From Patescibacteria group bacterium (GTDB taxonomy: Bacteria > Patescibacteriota > Minisyncoccia > Minisyncoccales > RBG-13-36-15), in assembly GCA_022574775.1 (NCBI GenBank), contig JACZRI010000003.1:34308-98307 (forward strand): a DNA stretch of 64,000 nucleotides. Reading direction: 5' to 3'. Every line of letters begins with the position of its first letter. Position 1 is the stretch's first letter. The notes under the pieces were generated by a model, which worked only from the letters and a program-made list of their open reading frames with translations, was not told the DNA's origin and ran no database searches. Below, one piece after another: positions 19,228 to 29,607 of this stretch. Both the position numbers and the translations under genes were made by a program.

Positions 19228-20297
19228 AGGTACTTTCAGATTTTGGTTTTGAAAATAAAAAAGTTTTGATGAGATGTGATTTTGATGTTCCCCTCGATGA
19301 AAAGGGGAATATTTTAGATGACTTTAGAATTGAACGGTCAATTCCCACAATTGTATATTTAACGAAAAAGAATGCAAAACTTATTTTAATGTGCCATCTG
19401 AAAGGATTTGGCGACGAGATAGTGAGCGTAGCTCCAATCCAGAAGAGATTAGCGGAATACCTGGATTGCCCGGTAATAAAAGCTAAAAATTGTGTTGGCA
19501 AGGAAATTGAAGACTGGATTTCGAAAATGTCTCCAGGAGATATTTTGCTCTTGGAAAATTTAAGATTTTATGCAGGCGAGAAAGAAAACGATCAGGAATT
19601 TGCCAGGAATTTGGCAAAATTAGGAGATATTTATATTAATGATGCTTTTGCTACTTGCCACAGAAAGCATGCTTCAATTGTTGGAGTGCCAAAATATCTA
19701 CCATCGGCAGCAGGGTTGGTTTTAATGGAAGAGATAAGGATATTGTCTAAGATCAGGAAAAATCCAGTAAGACCCTTAATAGCAATAATGGGGGGTACCG
19801 TTCAGGAAAAAAAAGGATTAATGTTCGTGGAAAAGATGTCACAAATCGCAGATTTTGTTTTAGTCGGCGGCCTAATTAAAAAATCAATTGAAAAAGAGAA
19901 ATTTTCTTTTACCAGTCCTCAGAAAATTATCCTTCCAGTAAAAGAAGCTATGTCTGACTTTGATTTAGGGCCAGAAACCTTGAAAATTTTTAAAGAAAAA
20001 ATTTCTCAGGCAAAAACTATCTTTTGGTCGGGACCTGTGGGGAAGATTGAAGAAGAAAGATTTTCGAAAGGAACTATGGAAATTGCCCAGGCAATTATCA
20101 GCGCTTCGGCTTTCAAAGTAGCAGGAGGGGGAGCAACAATTGATTTTCTAAGAGACCATAATTTAGCTTCCAAATTTAATCATCTTTCCACGGGAGGGGG
20201 ATCTGCATTGGCTTTTTTAGCAGGGGAGAAATTGCCAGGTATTGCCGCCCTCGAAGAGGGCGAGCCTCGCTCAGTGAAACTGAGCGGGAAGCCTTAA
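19224..20297 (+). CDS. pgk: Phosphoglycerate kinase
   Basis: RCDFDVP, LLENLRF, NDAFATCHRKHAS, STGGGS.L.FL.G..LPGI. Confidence 0.93.
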   Translation: MKVLSDFGFENKKVLMRCDFDVPLDEKGNILDDFRIERSIPTIVYLTKKNAKLILMCHLKGFGDEIVSVAPIQKRLAEYLDCPVIKAKNCVGKEIEDWISKMSPGDILLLENLRFYAGEKENDQEFARNLAKLGDIYINDAFATCHRKHASIVGVPKYLPSAAGLVLMEEIRILSKIRKNPVRPLIAIMGGTVQEKKGLMFVEKMSQIADFVLVGGLIKKSIEKEKFSFTSPQKIILPVKEAMSDFDLGPETLKIFKEKISQAKTIFWSGPVGKIEEERFSKGTMEIAQAIISASAFKVAGGGATIDFLRDHNLASKFNHLSTGGGSALAFLAGEKLPGIAALEEGEPRSVKLSGKP

Positions 20298-20388
20298 AAT
20301 AATCCGAATACCATCCGAATCGTATCCGAATGTCACTAATAAATTATTCGGGTCATTTGGATTTTATTCGTAGATTAGGATTACATTT

Positions 20389-21543
20389 ATGGAAATAAAA
20401 AACCTAAAAAAAGTAGCTGATAGGATTTTAAAGGCAGTAAAAAATAAGGAGAAAATAATTTTATATGGTGATGCCGATATGGATGGTATATCTTCGGTTA
20501 TTATTCTCAAAGAAACTTTGAAGAATCTGGGAGGGGGTGTAGCATCAGTTTATTTTCCAGACAGAGAGACTGAAGGGTATGGGTTAAATGAGGAGGCTTT
20601 GCATTTTTTAAAACCAATAGCCCCTGCTCTTTTAATTACTTTAGACTGCGGGATTGGGAATTTTGAGGAGACAAAATTAGCAAAAAAAATGGGGTTTGAA
20701 GTAATTATTGTTGATCACCATGTGGTTTTAGGGAAATTGCCAGAAAATGCAATTGTTGTGGACCTGAAACAGAAAGGAGATACTTATCCTTTTAAAGAAT
20801 TTGCCGCAACCGGTGTTACTTTTAAGCTTTGTCAATTGTTGCTGGGAGAAAAGTTAAGCGAGAACTTGAAAAATAATTTTTTAGAGTTGGTAGCTTTAGC
20901 AACTTTAGCAGATATGATGCCGGAGCAAGAAGAAAATAAAACATTTATTGAGGATGGATTAAAATCTCTGGAAACAACCTATCGGCCTGGACTGAAAGTT
21001 TTTTTTGAGATTGATACTATCAAGGATCTTCCTTCAACCCGTCAAATTGCCCAGAAAATTATTTCTGCTTTGAATATTCCTACTCCTAAGGACCATTTAA
21101 ATAAATCCTATGACTTATTGACCTGTTCTTCTTTTTCTATCGCAAAGAGTTTAGCCGAAGAGCTTTTGGATAAAGCAGAACAGAAAAAGGCCAGAGTAAG
21201 AGAGATTGTGCAGACAGTAGAAGAAAGGCTTTCCAATAAAGAAGAGCTTATCGTTTTTGAAGGGGATCCTTACTGGTCCATTATTTTATCTGGGACAGTC
21301 GCTTCAAAAATATGTTATACTTATCGTAAACCCACTTTTATTTTTAAAAAGAGAGAAAAAGAAAGCCAGGGGGCAGTAAGAGTGCCAAAAGGTTTAGATG
21401 CGGTGAAGGCAATGATGCACTGCAAGAAATTTTTAATTACCTTCGGGGGACATCCTCCGGCAGCCGGGTTTCGATTAGATAATAAAAACTTAGAGGAATT
21501 TAAAAAATGCCTGAATGACTATTTTAGCGAACACAAGAATTGA
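20389..21543 (+). CDS. DHH family phosphoesterase (short RecJ-like ssDNA exonuclease)
   Basis: YGDADMDG, TLDCG, VDHH, TLADMM, FGGHPPAAG. Confidence 0.85.
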   Translation: MEIKNLKKVADRILKAVKNKEKIILYGDADMDGISSVIILKETLKNLGGGVASVYFPDRETEGYGLNEEALHFLKPIAPALLITLDCGIGNFEETKLAKKMGFEVIIVDHHVVLGKLPENAIVVDLKQKGDTYPFKEFAATGVTFKLCQLLLGEKLSENLKNNFLELVALATLADMMPEQEENKTFIEDGLKSLETTYRPGLKVFFEIDTIKDLPSTRQIAQKIISALNIPTPKDHLNKSYDLLTCSSFSIAKSLAEELLDKAEQKKARVREIVQTVEERLSNKEELIVFEGDPYWSIILSGTVASKICYTYRKPTFIFKKREKESQGAVRVPKGLDAVKAMMHCKKFLITFGGHPPAAGFRLDNKNLEEFKKCLNDYFSEHKN

Positions 21544-21604
21544 TGCGCAAATTTTATACGAATGCTATACGAACAAATTATTTGTATCATTCGTATGTTA
21601 TTAG

Positions 21605-21724
21605 CCCCAGAACCAATCCTCACTTCGTTCGAATGGTACGGGGCAAGCATTAATTATGGTTTAACTTGTTTGGAGTTTCCTATGCCCGCCCCGTATTTCC
21701 CGACTTGTCGGGATAGTACCGGGG
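21605..21724. repeat. Two ccccg(t)acc-family palindromic elements in opposite orientation
   Basis: ccccagaacc...ggtacgggg+caag (21605-21647) and cccg+ccccgtatt...agtaccgggg (21685-21724). Confidence 0.7.
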
Positions 21725-21742
21725 TATATTAGTGTCGCGTTT

Positions 21743-23605
21743 ATGGGACAACAATCATATTATGGCATTGTAGGCAACGGAGAGACTTGTGCATTGATTT
21801 CTTCCACAGGGAGCATTGACTGGTTTTGTCTGCCTTCATTTGACGGGAATATGGTTTTTTCCAAAGCTCTGAATCCAAATTTAGGAGAGTCTTTTTATAT
21901 TGAGTTATTTGATGGAGAAGAGGGGATATTGCCAAAGAAATTTAGCCAAAGCTACATTAAAAACACGAATATTTTAGTAACAGAAATAGAGTATAAACCT
22001 GTAAAGCTGAAGGTTATTGATTTTATGCCGTGGAAAGGAATTTCAGAAAGCATTCGAGAAAAAAGATATCTGTTCCGTATATTAGAGGTTCAGAATAAAA
22101 CACAGCGAAGAAAAAGTATTAAAATAAGTTTATCAACAGAGAAAGGAGGCGAGATAAAAGAAAGAGGTTTTATTGAAGATAAGAATTTTGCGCTCGGGGT
22201 TTATATAGAAAAAAACACATTTGAATTAAAGCCAAAGGGTCATAAAGAAACATTCATTGTATTATCTTATGGAGAGACAAGGGCTAAGGCAGAATATCTA
22301 TTAAATAAGGCAAAACGAATAAATATAAGAGACGAATTGGCAAAGACTGAAAACTTCTGGAAAAATTGGTTAGCGAGAGGATATAAGATTTCCTTCAAAG
22401 ACAAAGATTATGAAGACATGTATTCTCGTTCTTTGCTGGTCTGCAAGCTTTTAACATACCTTGAAACGGGAGCTTTTCTTGCAGCCCCCACAGCATCTTT
22501 TCCAGTTACTCCAAGCACAGCCGAGAACTGGGATTACAGGTTTTGTTGGTTAAGAGACAGCTATTTTGTATCTCGTGCATTTCTTAAAACAGGCCACTAT
22601 GAAGAAGTGAGAGATCTATTAGAATTTTTCTACTCTATTCAAGAATCAGACGGGAGTTGGCTTCCATTATATACGATAAGCGGTAAGAAACTAAGAAAAG
22701 AGGTTGTAATAGAAGCGGAAGGAAAGATTATACGGATGGGCAATGCAGCTAAAAATCAGCTGCAGTTGGATAATGAAGGGAGCGTCTTACATACAACATA
22801 CCTCTACTATCTTTTTACTAAAGAAAAAAGTTTTCTTCGGGAATACTGGAAAAAAATCGTGAAGGCAGCTGACTGGATCTCAAAGAACTATCAAAGGCCA
22901 GAGAATGGATTATGGGAGTTGCGTGAGAAAGAGCATAGAAAAAAAGCGCAGTGGGTTTACGGAAAAGTTATGTGTTATGTAGGCTTGGAGTCAGCTATTA
23001 AGATTGGAGAAGTTTTGGAGAAAAAGTTAAGGCCAAAGTGGGAGATGGTAAAAAACAGCCTTAAAAATGATATCCTTAAAGAAGGGTGGTCTAATCAAAG
23101 AAAATCTTTTTTACAGCTCTACGATGCTGATTCTCAAATAGACATCTCTGTTCTTGCGATAGAGGATTACGGGCTTTTGAGTCCGCTCAATCCAAAGATA
23201 CGTAAAACCGTGCAACTCATAGAAGAAAAATTAGTAACAAAAGGTTTTGGAGTGAAGAGGTTTGAGGATGCAAATCTGCCATTCTACCTGCCAACCTTAT
23301 GGCTTGCCACTCACTATATAAGGGCTGGAGATAAAGAAAAAGCAAAGAAATATATAGCAGCTTGTATAAGGTCAAGCACTAATCTATATCTGTGCGCAGA
23401 ACATTTTGATCCTATCAAAGGTGAGCAGCATGGCAATTTCCCGCAGGCATTTAATCATTCAATGTTTGTGGAGACACTGCTTTGCCTAAAAGAAGAAAAG
23501 TATGCACTTAGATTTTTAAATGTCCTGAATATTCACTTTAAAACATTTTTGAGCTTTTTAAGTAAGGTGAAGCCAAAGAAAGGATTTTATCTCCGAAAAA
23601 AATGA
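21743..23605 (+). CDS. Glycoside hydrolase family 15 (glucoamylase/trehalase-like)
   Basis: GSIDWFCLPSFD, NWDYRFCWLRDS, GLWELRE, GNFPQAFNH. Confidence 0.9.
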   Translation: MGQQSYYGIVGNGETCALISSTGSIDWFCLPSFDGNMVFSKALNPNLGESFYIELFDGEEGILPKKFSQSYIKNTNILVTEIEYKPVKLKVIDFMPWKGISESIREKRYLFRILEVQNKTQRRKSIKISLSTEKGGEIKERGFIEDKNFALGVYIEKNTFELKPKGHKETFIVLSYGETRAKAEYLLNKAKRINIRDELAKTENFWKNWLARGYKISFKDKDYEDMYSRSLLVCKLLTYLETGAFLAAPTASFPVTPSTAENWDYRFCWLRDSYFVSRAFLKTGHYEEVRDLLEFFYSIQESDGSWLPLYTISGKKLRKEVVIEAEGKIIRMGNAAKNQLQLDNEGSVLHTTYLYYLFTKEKSFLREYWKKIVKAADWISKNYQRPENGLWELREKEHRKKAQWVYGKVMCYVGLESAIKIGEVLEKKLRPKWEMVKNSLKNDILKEGWSNQRKSFLQLYDADSQIDISVLAIEDYGLLSPLNPKIRKTVQLIEEKLVTKGFGVKRFEDANLPFYLPTLWLATHYIRAGDKEKAKKYIAACIRSSTNLYLCAEHFDPIKGEQHGNFPQAFNHSMFVETLLCLKEEKYALRFLNVLNIHFKTFLSFLSKVKPKKGFYLRKK

Positions 23606-23690
23606 AAGGTGATTCCAATATACTGATGCATACGAATTATATAAATAATTTATTCGCATCATTAAAACTTATTCGCATATTACCGATTTT

Positions 23691-24131
23691 ATGAAAAAAA
23701 TTCTCATTTATACTGACGGCGGCTCCAGAAGCAATCCTGGACCGGCAGCCATTGGAATTGTTTTTTGTAATGAAAAAGGCCAAAAGATTAAAGAATTTTC
23801 AGAATATCTGGGAGAAGCGACAAACAACGAAGCTGAATATCAAGCTGCTATTTTTGCTTTAAAAAAATTCAAAGCTCTTTTTTCAAAAAAATTAGCCAGT
23901 CGTGCAGAAATTGAATTAAAATCAGATTCAGAGCTTTTGGTGAATCAACTATTAGGAAAATATAAAATTGTGGATCCAAAAATTCAACCTCTTTTTTTAC
24001 AACTTTGGAATTTAACGCTTGATTTTAAAAAAGTCAAATTCAAATTTATTCCTAGAGAAAAAAACAAAGAGGCAGACCGTTTGGTCAACGAAGCCCTTGA
24101 TGGGGCATCCAAGACCCAAAAACTTCTCTAA
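23691..24131 (+). CDS. rnhA: Ribonuclease HI
   Basis: YTDGGSRSNPG, TNNEAEY, SDSELLVNQ, NKEADRL. Confidence 0.9.
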   Translation: MKKILIYTDGGSRSNPGPAAIGIVFCNEKGQKIKEFSEYLGEATNNEAEYQAAIFALKKFKALFSKKLASRAEIELKSDSELLVNQLLGKYKIVDPKIQPLFLQLWNLTLDFKKVKFKFIPREKNKEADRLVNEALDGASKTQKLL

Positions 24132-24149
24132 AAAACCATATAATAATTC

Positions 24150-25436
24150 ATGACAAACAAAAAATTACCACTTATTTTTCTGTTAGCCGTTATATTGTCT
24201 TTTGCCATATCTCCTTCTGCAGCCTTTGCTGTAAGCGATGAAGAATTATTTAATGAGTTACTTGATAAATTAATAGATGTTTCTTTAGCCCTTTCTTTGC
24301 TTCAACAACAAATCAATGACCTAATAAATTCCTCACAGCCTTTGCATCAACTGGCATTAGGCGCATACTTAAAAGATTTATTTGAAAGTAATGAGATTAT
24401 TTTAGACAAAGATGATTTTTTAGAACAAACGGAAAATCCTTATCTTAGTTTCGCGAAAATATTAAATTTAATTCCGTCTTCCTATAAGGTGGATAAGAGA
24501 ATAACTCAAAGGGAAGTTGATCAAATTTCAGAGCAGTTTCTTTTACTAAAAGACCGGCTACTTCTTGACGGACTTTACGGAAAAGTCGATATGCATGAGC
24601 ACTATCGATCTGGAGGCGATATAGAGAAATTTTTGAAAGCAGCCGGTAGTTTGGGAATTTCTAAAATTGTTTTTGTGCCAACAGGATTGGGTCCTGACAA
24701 TAAAGGCTATATATTTCATCAGAGCTTTCTCATTAGATATATTAAAAAATTATACCCAGAGAAAATTATTGCTTTTTGTACTATTGATGAAGCAGACCCA
24801 AAAGCAGCTGAAGTTTTTGAAGACTGCCTTAAAAACGGCGGGCAGGGTTTGAAACTTCTCGGCGGCCACCCAAGTTTTTATGACGAACCTTTTAATTCTG
24901 AAAATATGTACAAAGTGTATCAAAAAGCTGCTGAATATCAGGTGCCCATTTTGCTCCACGGAAGTATTATCAATGTCCCAGAAACAAAAAATCAACTTCA
25001 CCAAGTATATTCAGATTTTCCCGAAGTAACTTTCATCCATGCTCATTACTGTTCCGCAATTTTTAGAGGCATTAACCTTGATCAATGTGCAGAGTTTTTG
25101 GATAAATATCCTAATGTATATGTTGACCTCTCAATGGGAGGAGGCATTAAAAGATACCATCGTTATTTTAGAGAAGATTTGGCGAAAGTAAAAGATTTTA
25201 TTTTAACTTATCAGGACAGAATTTTATTTGGCTCAGATATTATTTTAGATCGTGCCACATACAAAGATTTTGATTTTATTTACGACAGAATTCAGTGCGA
25301 TCTTGATTTACACCAGAAAAAAGAATACACTTGCCCTTATGGAGAAAAGGATGTTTTACACCAGGGTTTTGATTTAGACCGAGATATTCTTAAAAAACTT
25401 TATTTTGAAAATCCAAAGAAAGCTTTTAATTTTTAA
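24150..25436 (+). CDS. Secreted amidohydrolase_2 family protein
   Basis: Signal peptide (AFA), coiled coil, DMHEH, IHAH, LFGSD. Confidence 0.8.
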   Translation: MTNKKLPLIFLLAVILSFAISPSAAFAVSDEELFNELLDKLIDVSLALSLLQQQINDLINSSQPLHQLALGAYLKDLFESNEIILDKDDFLEQTENPYLSFAKILNLIPSSYKVDKRITQREVDQISEQFLLLKDRLLLDGLYGKVDMHEHYRSGGDIEKFLKAAGSLGISKIVFVPTGLGPDNKGYIFHQSFLIRYIKKLYPEKIIAFCTIDEADPKAAEVFEDCLKNGGQGLKLLGGHPSFYDEPFNSENMYKVYQKAAEYQVPILLHGSIINVPETKNQLHQVYSDFPEVTFIHAHYCSAIFRGINLDQCAEFLDKYPNVYVDLSMGGGIKRYHRYFREDLAKVKDFILTYQDRILFGSDIILDRATYKDFDFIYDRIQCDLDLHQKKEYTCPYGEKDVLHQGFDLDRDILKKLYFENPKKAFNF

Positions 25437-25453
25437 CTATGGACATATAAGAA

Positions 25454-25486
25454 TTAAAAAACCCGCCGGTGAGGCGGGATTTTTAA
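25454..25486. terminator. Bidirectional terminator between the amidohydrolase and rnpB
   Basis: ttaaaaaacccgcc-ggtga-ggcgggatttttaa. Confidence 0.75.
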
Positions 25487-25487
25487 T

Positions 25488-25853
25488 GTCCTAGCAAGTC
25501 TATAAGCCGAATTCTGTATTTGTGTGATCATTTGTCTGGGCCCCGATTTACATCTGAGCTCAAGCGAACTACTCTTTCACAAAAATTCTAGATAAACCCA
25601 GAATTTCTGATTTGTTCTTGCACCCAATAAGGATTTAGCCGTTTCACTCCTACATTGCTGCAGGACTACTCCGACAATAGTCGGAGTGCTCAACCTTTCG
25701 GTTTCGCGCGTCTCTGTTCGCACCTCTAGTCTTACGACCGACGGCCGTTAACCGCTATATTTTTTGACCCCGATATCTATTCGGAGAAATGGTGTTCGGA
25801 CTTTCCTCCCCCTGTCATTGCTGGCAAGGAGTAATCACCCAACTTACTAGGAC
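25488..25853 (-). ncRNA. rnpB: RNase P RNA
   Basis: Minus strand GAGGAAAGUCC...CUAGAGGUGCGAACAGA...CCCAGACAAAUGAUC...ACAGAAUUCGGCUUA; paired ends; promoter TTGACA (25888-25883), 17 nt, TACAAT (25865-25860). Confidence 0.95.
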
Positions 25854-25963
25854 AATTATATTGTATCGATTTAGACAAAATTTGTCAAGCTTAAGAATTC
25901 TCATTTGAAAAAGATGTCAAAAAAGATTAAAATAAGTTATTCGTGTTGATACTAGATTAAAGT

Positions 25964-26042
25964 TATCCTTCGACAAGCTCAGGACACTTCGACTTACTTG
26001 CACTGAGCGAGGCCTGAGCAGAGCGAAGGACGAGTCGAAGTG
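25964..26042 (+). repeat. Compound CTGAG/CGAAG palindromic repeat abutting the murJ start
   Basis: ccttcgacaagctcagga, cacttcgact...agtcgaagtg with nested cctgagcagagcgaagg. Confidence 0.7.
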
Positions 26043-27718
26043 TGACTTTTCACAACATTTTTAATTCTCAAACAAAGAGTATCACTTTTGCTGCTTTCTT
26101 GATTGCGATTTCTTCAGGTATTAGCGGTGTTTTGGGTTTGATTCGTGATGGATTATTGGCAGGCCGTTTTGGAGTCTGGTCAGAAACTAATTCCTATTTT
26201 GCAGCTTTTAGGGTTAATGATTTCTTCTATAACCTTTTTATTATAGGAGGATTTGCCGTGGTCTTTTTACCTCTTTTTGCCGAATATTATTCAAAAGAGA
26301 GAGAAAAGACCTGGGAGATGGTAAGTCATGTTTTAAATTTTTTTTTATTTCTGCTAATTTTAGCTTCTTTGTTTATTTTTATCTTTGCTCCCCAACTGGT
26401 GAAAATCATAACTCCAGGATTTTCCTTTGAAGAAAAGAACCAAACAGCTTTTTTAATCAGGATAATGATTTTAAGCCCGATACTATTTGGTCTGTCAGCA
26501 ATTTTCTCAGGGATTTTACACTATTTTAACCGTTTTTTCATATATTCACTTGCTCCAGTTTTATATAATCTTGGGATTATTTTCGGTATTTTGTTTCTGT
26601 CTCCATCCTTCGGTATTATCGGGGTTAGTATGGGAGTTGTTCTGGGGGCCTCACTTCATTGGGCGGTGCAGATTCCATCTGTTTTAAATTGCGGTTTTAA
26701 ATACCGCCTTCTTCTCAACTTCAGATATCCTGCTATAAAAAAGATTTTTTATTTAGTTATACCTCGGCTTTTTGCAGTAACTTCACAGCAAATAAACCTA
26801 ATCGTGATTACAGCTATTGCTTCAACTATTAGTGGGGGCATTGCTATTTTTACTTTCGCAAACAATCTTCAGCATTTTCCAATCAGTCTTGTTGCGATTC
26901 CCTTTGCCATAGCTTCTTTCCCGTCTCTTTCCAGAAACTGGGCGGCAAATCAAAAGAAAGATTTCTTGGAAAACTTCTCTTTAATTTTCAGGCAAATTCT
27001 TTTTTTTATGGTTCCTCTTACTATTTTGCTCTTTATTCTGAGAGCTCAAGTAGTCAGGTTGGTCTTGGGAACTTTAGGGGATGGTAAGTTTGACTGGGTC
27101 GCAACACAATTGATAGCCGCTTCACTTGGACTTTTCTGTTTAGGGATTATAGCTTTTGCATTTATTCCTTATTTAGCCAGAACTTTCTTTTCTTTTCAGG
27201 ACACGAAAACCCCAACTTTCATTGCCATATCCACAGTTCTGCTTAATATTACTTTAAGTTTTTTGCTGGTTTGGCTTTTGGGGTTTCAGAATGCTTTTCA
27301 AGATTTCTTGGTAAAGATCCTCAAATTAGGAGGAATAGAAAATGTCACAGTTGTCGGACTGCCTCTTGCTCTTTCCATTGCTGTGACTTTCCAATTCTTT
27401 CTTCTTTTGTTTTTTCTCTACCGGAGAATTGGTGATTTTGGCGTAAAGAAAATATTTTCTTCTTTCGCGAGAATAATTTCTGCCAGCTTTCTGGCTGGAA
27501 TTACAACCTTTTTCGTCCTCCGTTTGGCAGCTTTTTTTGTTGAGACAGACAAGGTTCTGGGATTGCTCGCCCAGACGGTTATAGCAGCTTTTTCCGGGAT
27601 TCTTATTTATTTTATCTTGACTCTCGTTTTTAAATTTCCAGAGCTGAAAATTATCGTCAAGTCTTTTAAAAAGCAATTTAGAAAAGAGGTTACACCAGTT
27701 GAAACAGAGTCCTCCTAA
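26042..27718 (+). CDS. murJ: Lipid II flippase MurJ
   Basis: LGLIRD, YFAAFR, VFLPLF, APVLYNLGII, FFSFQDTKTP; many TM helices. Confidence 0.92.
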   Translation: MTFHNIFNSQTKSITFAAFLIAISSGISGVLGLIRDGLLAGRFGVWSETNSYFAAFRVNDFFYNLFIIGGFAVVFLPLFAEYYSKEREKTWEMVSHVLNFFLFLLILASLFIFIFAPQLVKIITPGFSFEEKNQTAFLIRIMILSPILFGLSAIFSGILHYFNRFFIYSLAPVLYNLGIIFGILFLSPSFGIIGVSMGVVLGASLHWAVQIPSVLNCGFKYRLLLNFRYPAIKKIFYLVIPRLFAVTSQQINLIVITAIASTISGGIAIFTFANNLQHFPISLVAIPFAIASFPSLSRNWAANQKKDFLENFSLIFRQILFFMVPLTILLFILRAQVVRLVLGTLGDGKFDWVATQLIAASLGLFCLGIIAFAFIPYLARTFFSFQDTKTPTFIAISTVLLNITLSFLLVWLLGFQNAFQDFLVKILKLGGIENVTVVGLPLALSIAVTFQFFLLLFFLYRRIGDFGVKKIFSSFARIISASFLAGITTFFVLRLAAFFVETDKVLGLLAQTVIAAFSGILIYFILTLVFKFPELKIIVKSFKKQFRKEVTPVETESS

Positions 27719-27768
27719 ATTTTTTTCTTTCTTAAATTATGACTGGTAAACCTTAAAATTGTTACATT

Positions 27769-29607
27769 ATGGAAGAACGAAAGAACATAATAAATTTCTG
27801 TATTATTAGCCATATAGATCATGGAAAGTCAACTTTATCTGATCGTTTCTTGGAGCTTACAGGCACTGTTTCAAAAAAGAAAATGCGGCCCCAGTATTTG
27901 GATTTAATGGATCTGGAAAGAGAGAAAGGGATTACCATCAAAATGCAGCCAGTAAGGATGTCCTATACCTTAAACGCCAAACCCTATATTCTAAACCTTA
28001 TTGACACGCCGGGTCATGTTGATTTCTCGTATGAAGTTTCAAGATCCTTGGCTGCAGTTGAGGGCGCAATATTATTGGTTGATGCGACAAAGGGAATTCA
28101 GGCGCAGACTATACACAATTTAGAATTGGCGAAAAAACCCCGATACTATTCATCTTCTGCGGAGTTACGGGGCAGGCAAAATTTCGTAATCATTCCAGTT
28201 GTTAATAAGATTGATTCGTTGTATGCGCGAGTTGAAGAAGTAAAGGCGGAAATTTCCCAGGTTTTAAATGTTGAGGAACGGGAAATTTTATCTATTTCAG
28301 CGAAAAACGGCACCAATGTAGAAGAACTTCTCAAAGTTGTGATAGAAAAAATTCCAAAGCATACTGGCAGCGAGGATGCTCCTTTCAAAGCGCTCATTTT
28401 CGACTCTAAATATGATTCCTTCAAAGGAATAATCGCCTACATAAGAATTTTTGAAGGGAAGATTAAAACAGGAGAGCAGATTTATTTAATAGGAGGGAAG
28501 TCAAAGTCTATTGTGAAAGAGGTAGGGTATTTTAAGCCGGGTTTAACCCCGGCTTTAGAGCTTAAAGCCGGGGAGATCGGGTATTTGGCTACTGGCATTA
28601 AGGAGCCTGGAAGGGTAAGAGTGGGAGACACCATTACGAAATTAAATACTGCTGAAATTAAACCATTGCCGGGCTATAAGGAGCCGAAGCCTGTGGTTTT
28701 TGCCAGTTTATATCCTGAAAGCCCAGAGGATTTTGACCTTCTCAAAGAAAGTTTAAACAAATTAGAACTGTCCGACCCTTCTTTTACGTTTGAGCAAGAA
28801 GCAAAAGAGATGCTGGGAAGAGGGTATCTCTGTGGATTTTTAGGTTCGTTGCATGCTGAAATTGTGATTGAGAGGCTTCAAAGAGAATTTGGACTGCATT
28901 TGATAATTTCTCATCCTTCGGTGGTATATAAAATTATTGATAAAAAAGGAAAGGAAGTTTTAGTTTTTTCTCCTATTGATTGGCCCGATGTATCTTCAAT
29001 CCAAAATACTGAGGAACTCTGGGTGAAGTTAGAAATTATTGTTCCCAAAAAATATTTCGGCAAAATCTTCAAGGTTTTAGAAACAACTAAAGGAAAGCAT
29101 ATTGAGAACAAGTTTTTTGGGAAGGAGCAAGTCTTGTTGATTTATGAGGTTCCTTTGCGAGAAATAATAAAAGACTTTTACGACAAACTAAAAGGAGCTA
29201 CAGAGGGCTTTGCCTCAATGAATTATGAAATTTTAGGTTTTCGAAAGGCAGATTTGGTGAAGTTGGATATTTTGATTGCCGGCAAGAAGGAGAAGGCATT
29301 TTCTAAAATTATCCCCAAAGAAAATACTTTTTTGGAAGGCAGAAAGATTGTAAGCAAATTAAAAGAAGTCTTGCCTCCTCAACAATTTGCTTTACCATTG
29401 CAGGCTGTTATCTCCGGGAAAATTATTGCAAGAGAAACACTTTCTGCGAGAAGAAAGGATGTTCTGGCATCTATCTACGGCGGAGATTATACGCGAAAAA
29501 AGAAACTGTTGCAAAGACAAAAAAAAGGCAAGAAGAAACTAAAAGGGAGATCCTTGCCAATTAAGATCCCCCCCAAAGTGTTCTTAGAAATTTTCAAAAG
29601 CTCTTAG
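27769..29607 (+). CDS. lepA: Elongation factor 4, with 13-aa in-frame palindrome insertion
   Basis: HIDHGKSTL, DTPGHVDF, NKID, GFLGSLH, YGGDYTRKKKLL. Confidence 0.97.
   Translation: MEERKNIINFCIISHIDHGKSTLSDRFLELTGTVSKKKMRPQYLDLMDLEREKGITIKMQPVRMSYTLNAKPYILNLIDTPGHVDFSYEVSRSLAAVEGAILLVDATKGIQAQTIHNLELAKKPRYYSSSAELRGRQNFVIIPVVNKIDSLYARVEEVKAEISQVLNVEEREILSISAKNGTNVEELLKVVIEKIPKHTGSEDAPFKALIFDSKYDSFKGIIAYIRIFEGKIKTGEQIYLIGGKSKSIVKEVGYFKPGLTPALELKAGEIGYLATGIKEPGRVRVGDTITKLNTAEIKPLPGYKEPKPVVFASLYPESPEDFDLLKESLNKLELSDPSFTFEQEAKEMLGRGYLCGFLGSLHAEIVIERLQREFGLHLIISHPSVVYKIIDKKGKEVLVFSPIDWPDVSSIQNTEELWVKLEIIVPKKYFGKIFKVLETTKGKHIENKFFGKEQVLLIYEVPLREIIKDFYDKLKGATEGFASMNYEILGFRKADLVKLDILIAGKKEKAFSKIIPKENTFLEGRKIVSKLKEVLPPQQFALPLQAVISGKIIARETLSARRKDVLASIYGGDYTRKKKLLQRQKKGKKKLKGRSLPIKIPPKVFLEIFKSS
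28138..28176 (+). repeat. 39-nt palindromic mini-element inserted in lepA
   Basis: ccccgatact...agttacgggg+cagg encodes PRYYSSSAELRGR; removal restores LAKKQNFVIIP. Confidence 0.8.
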
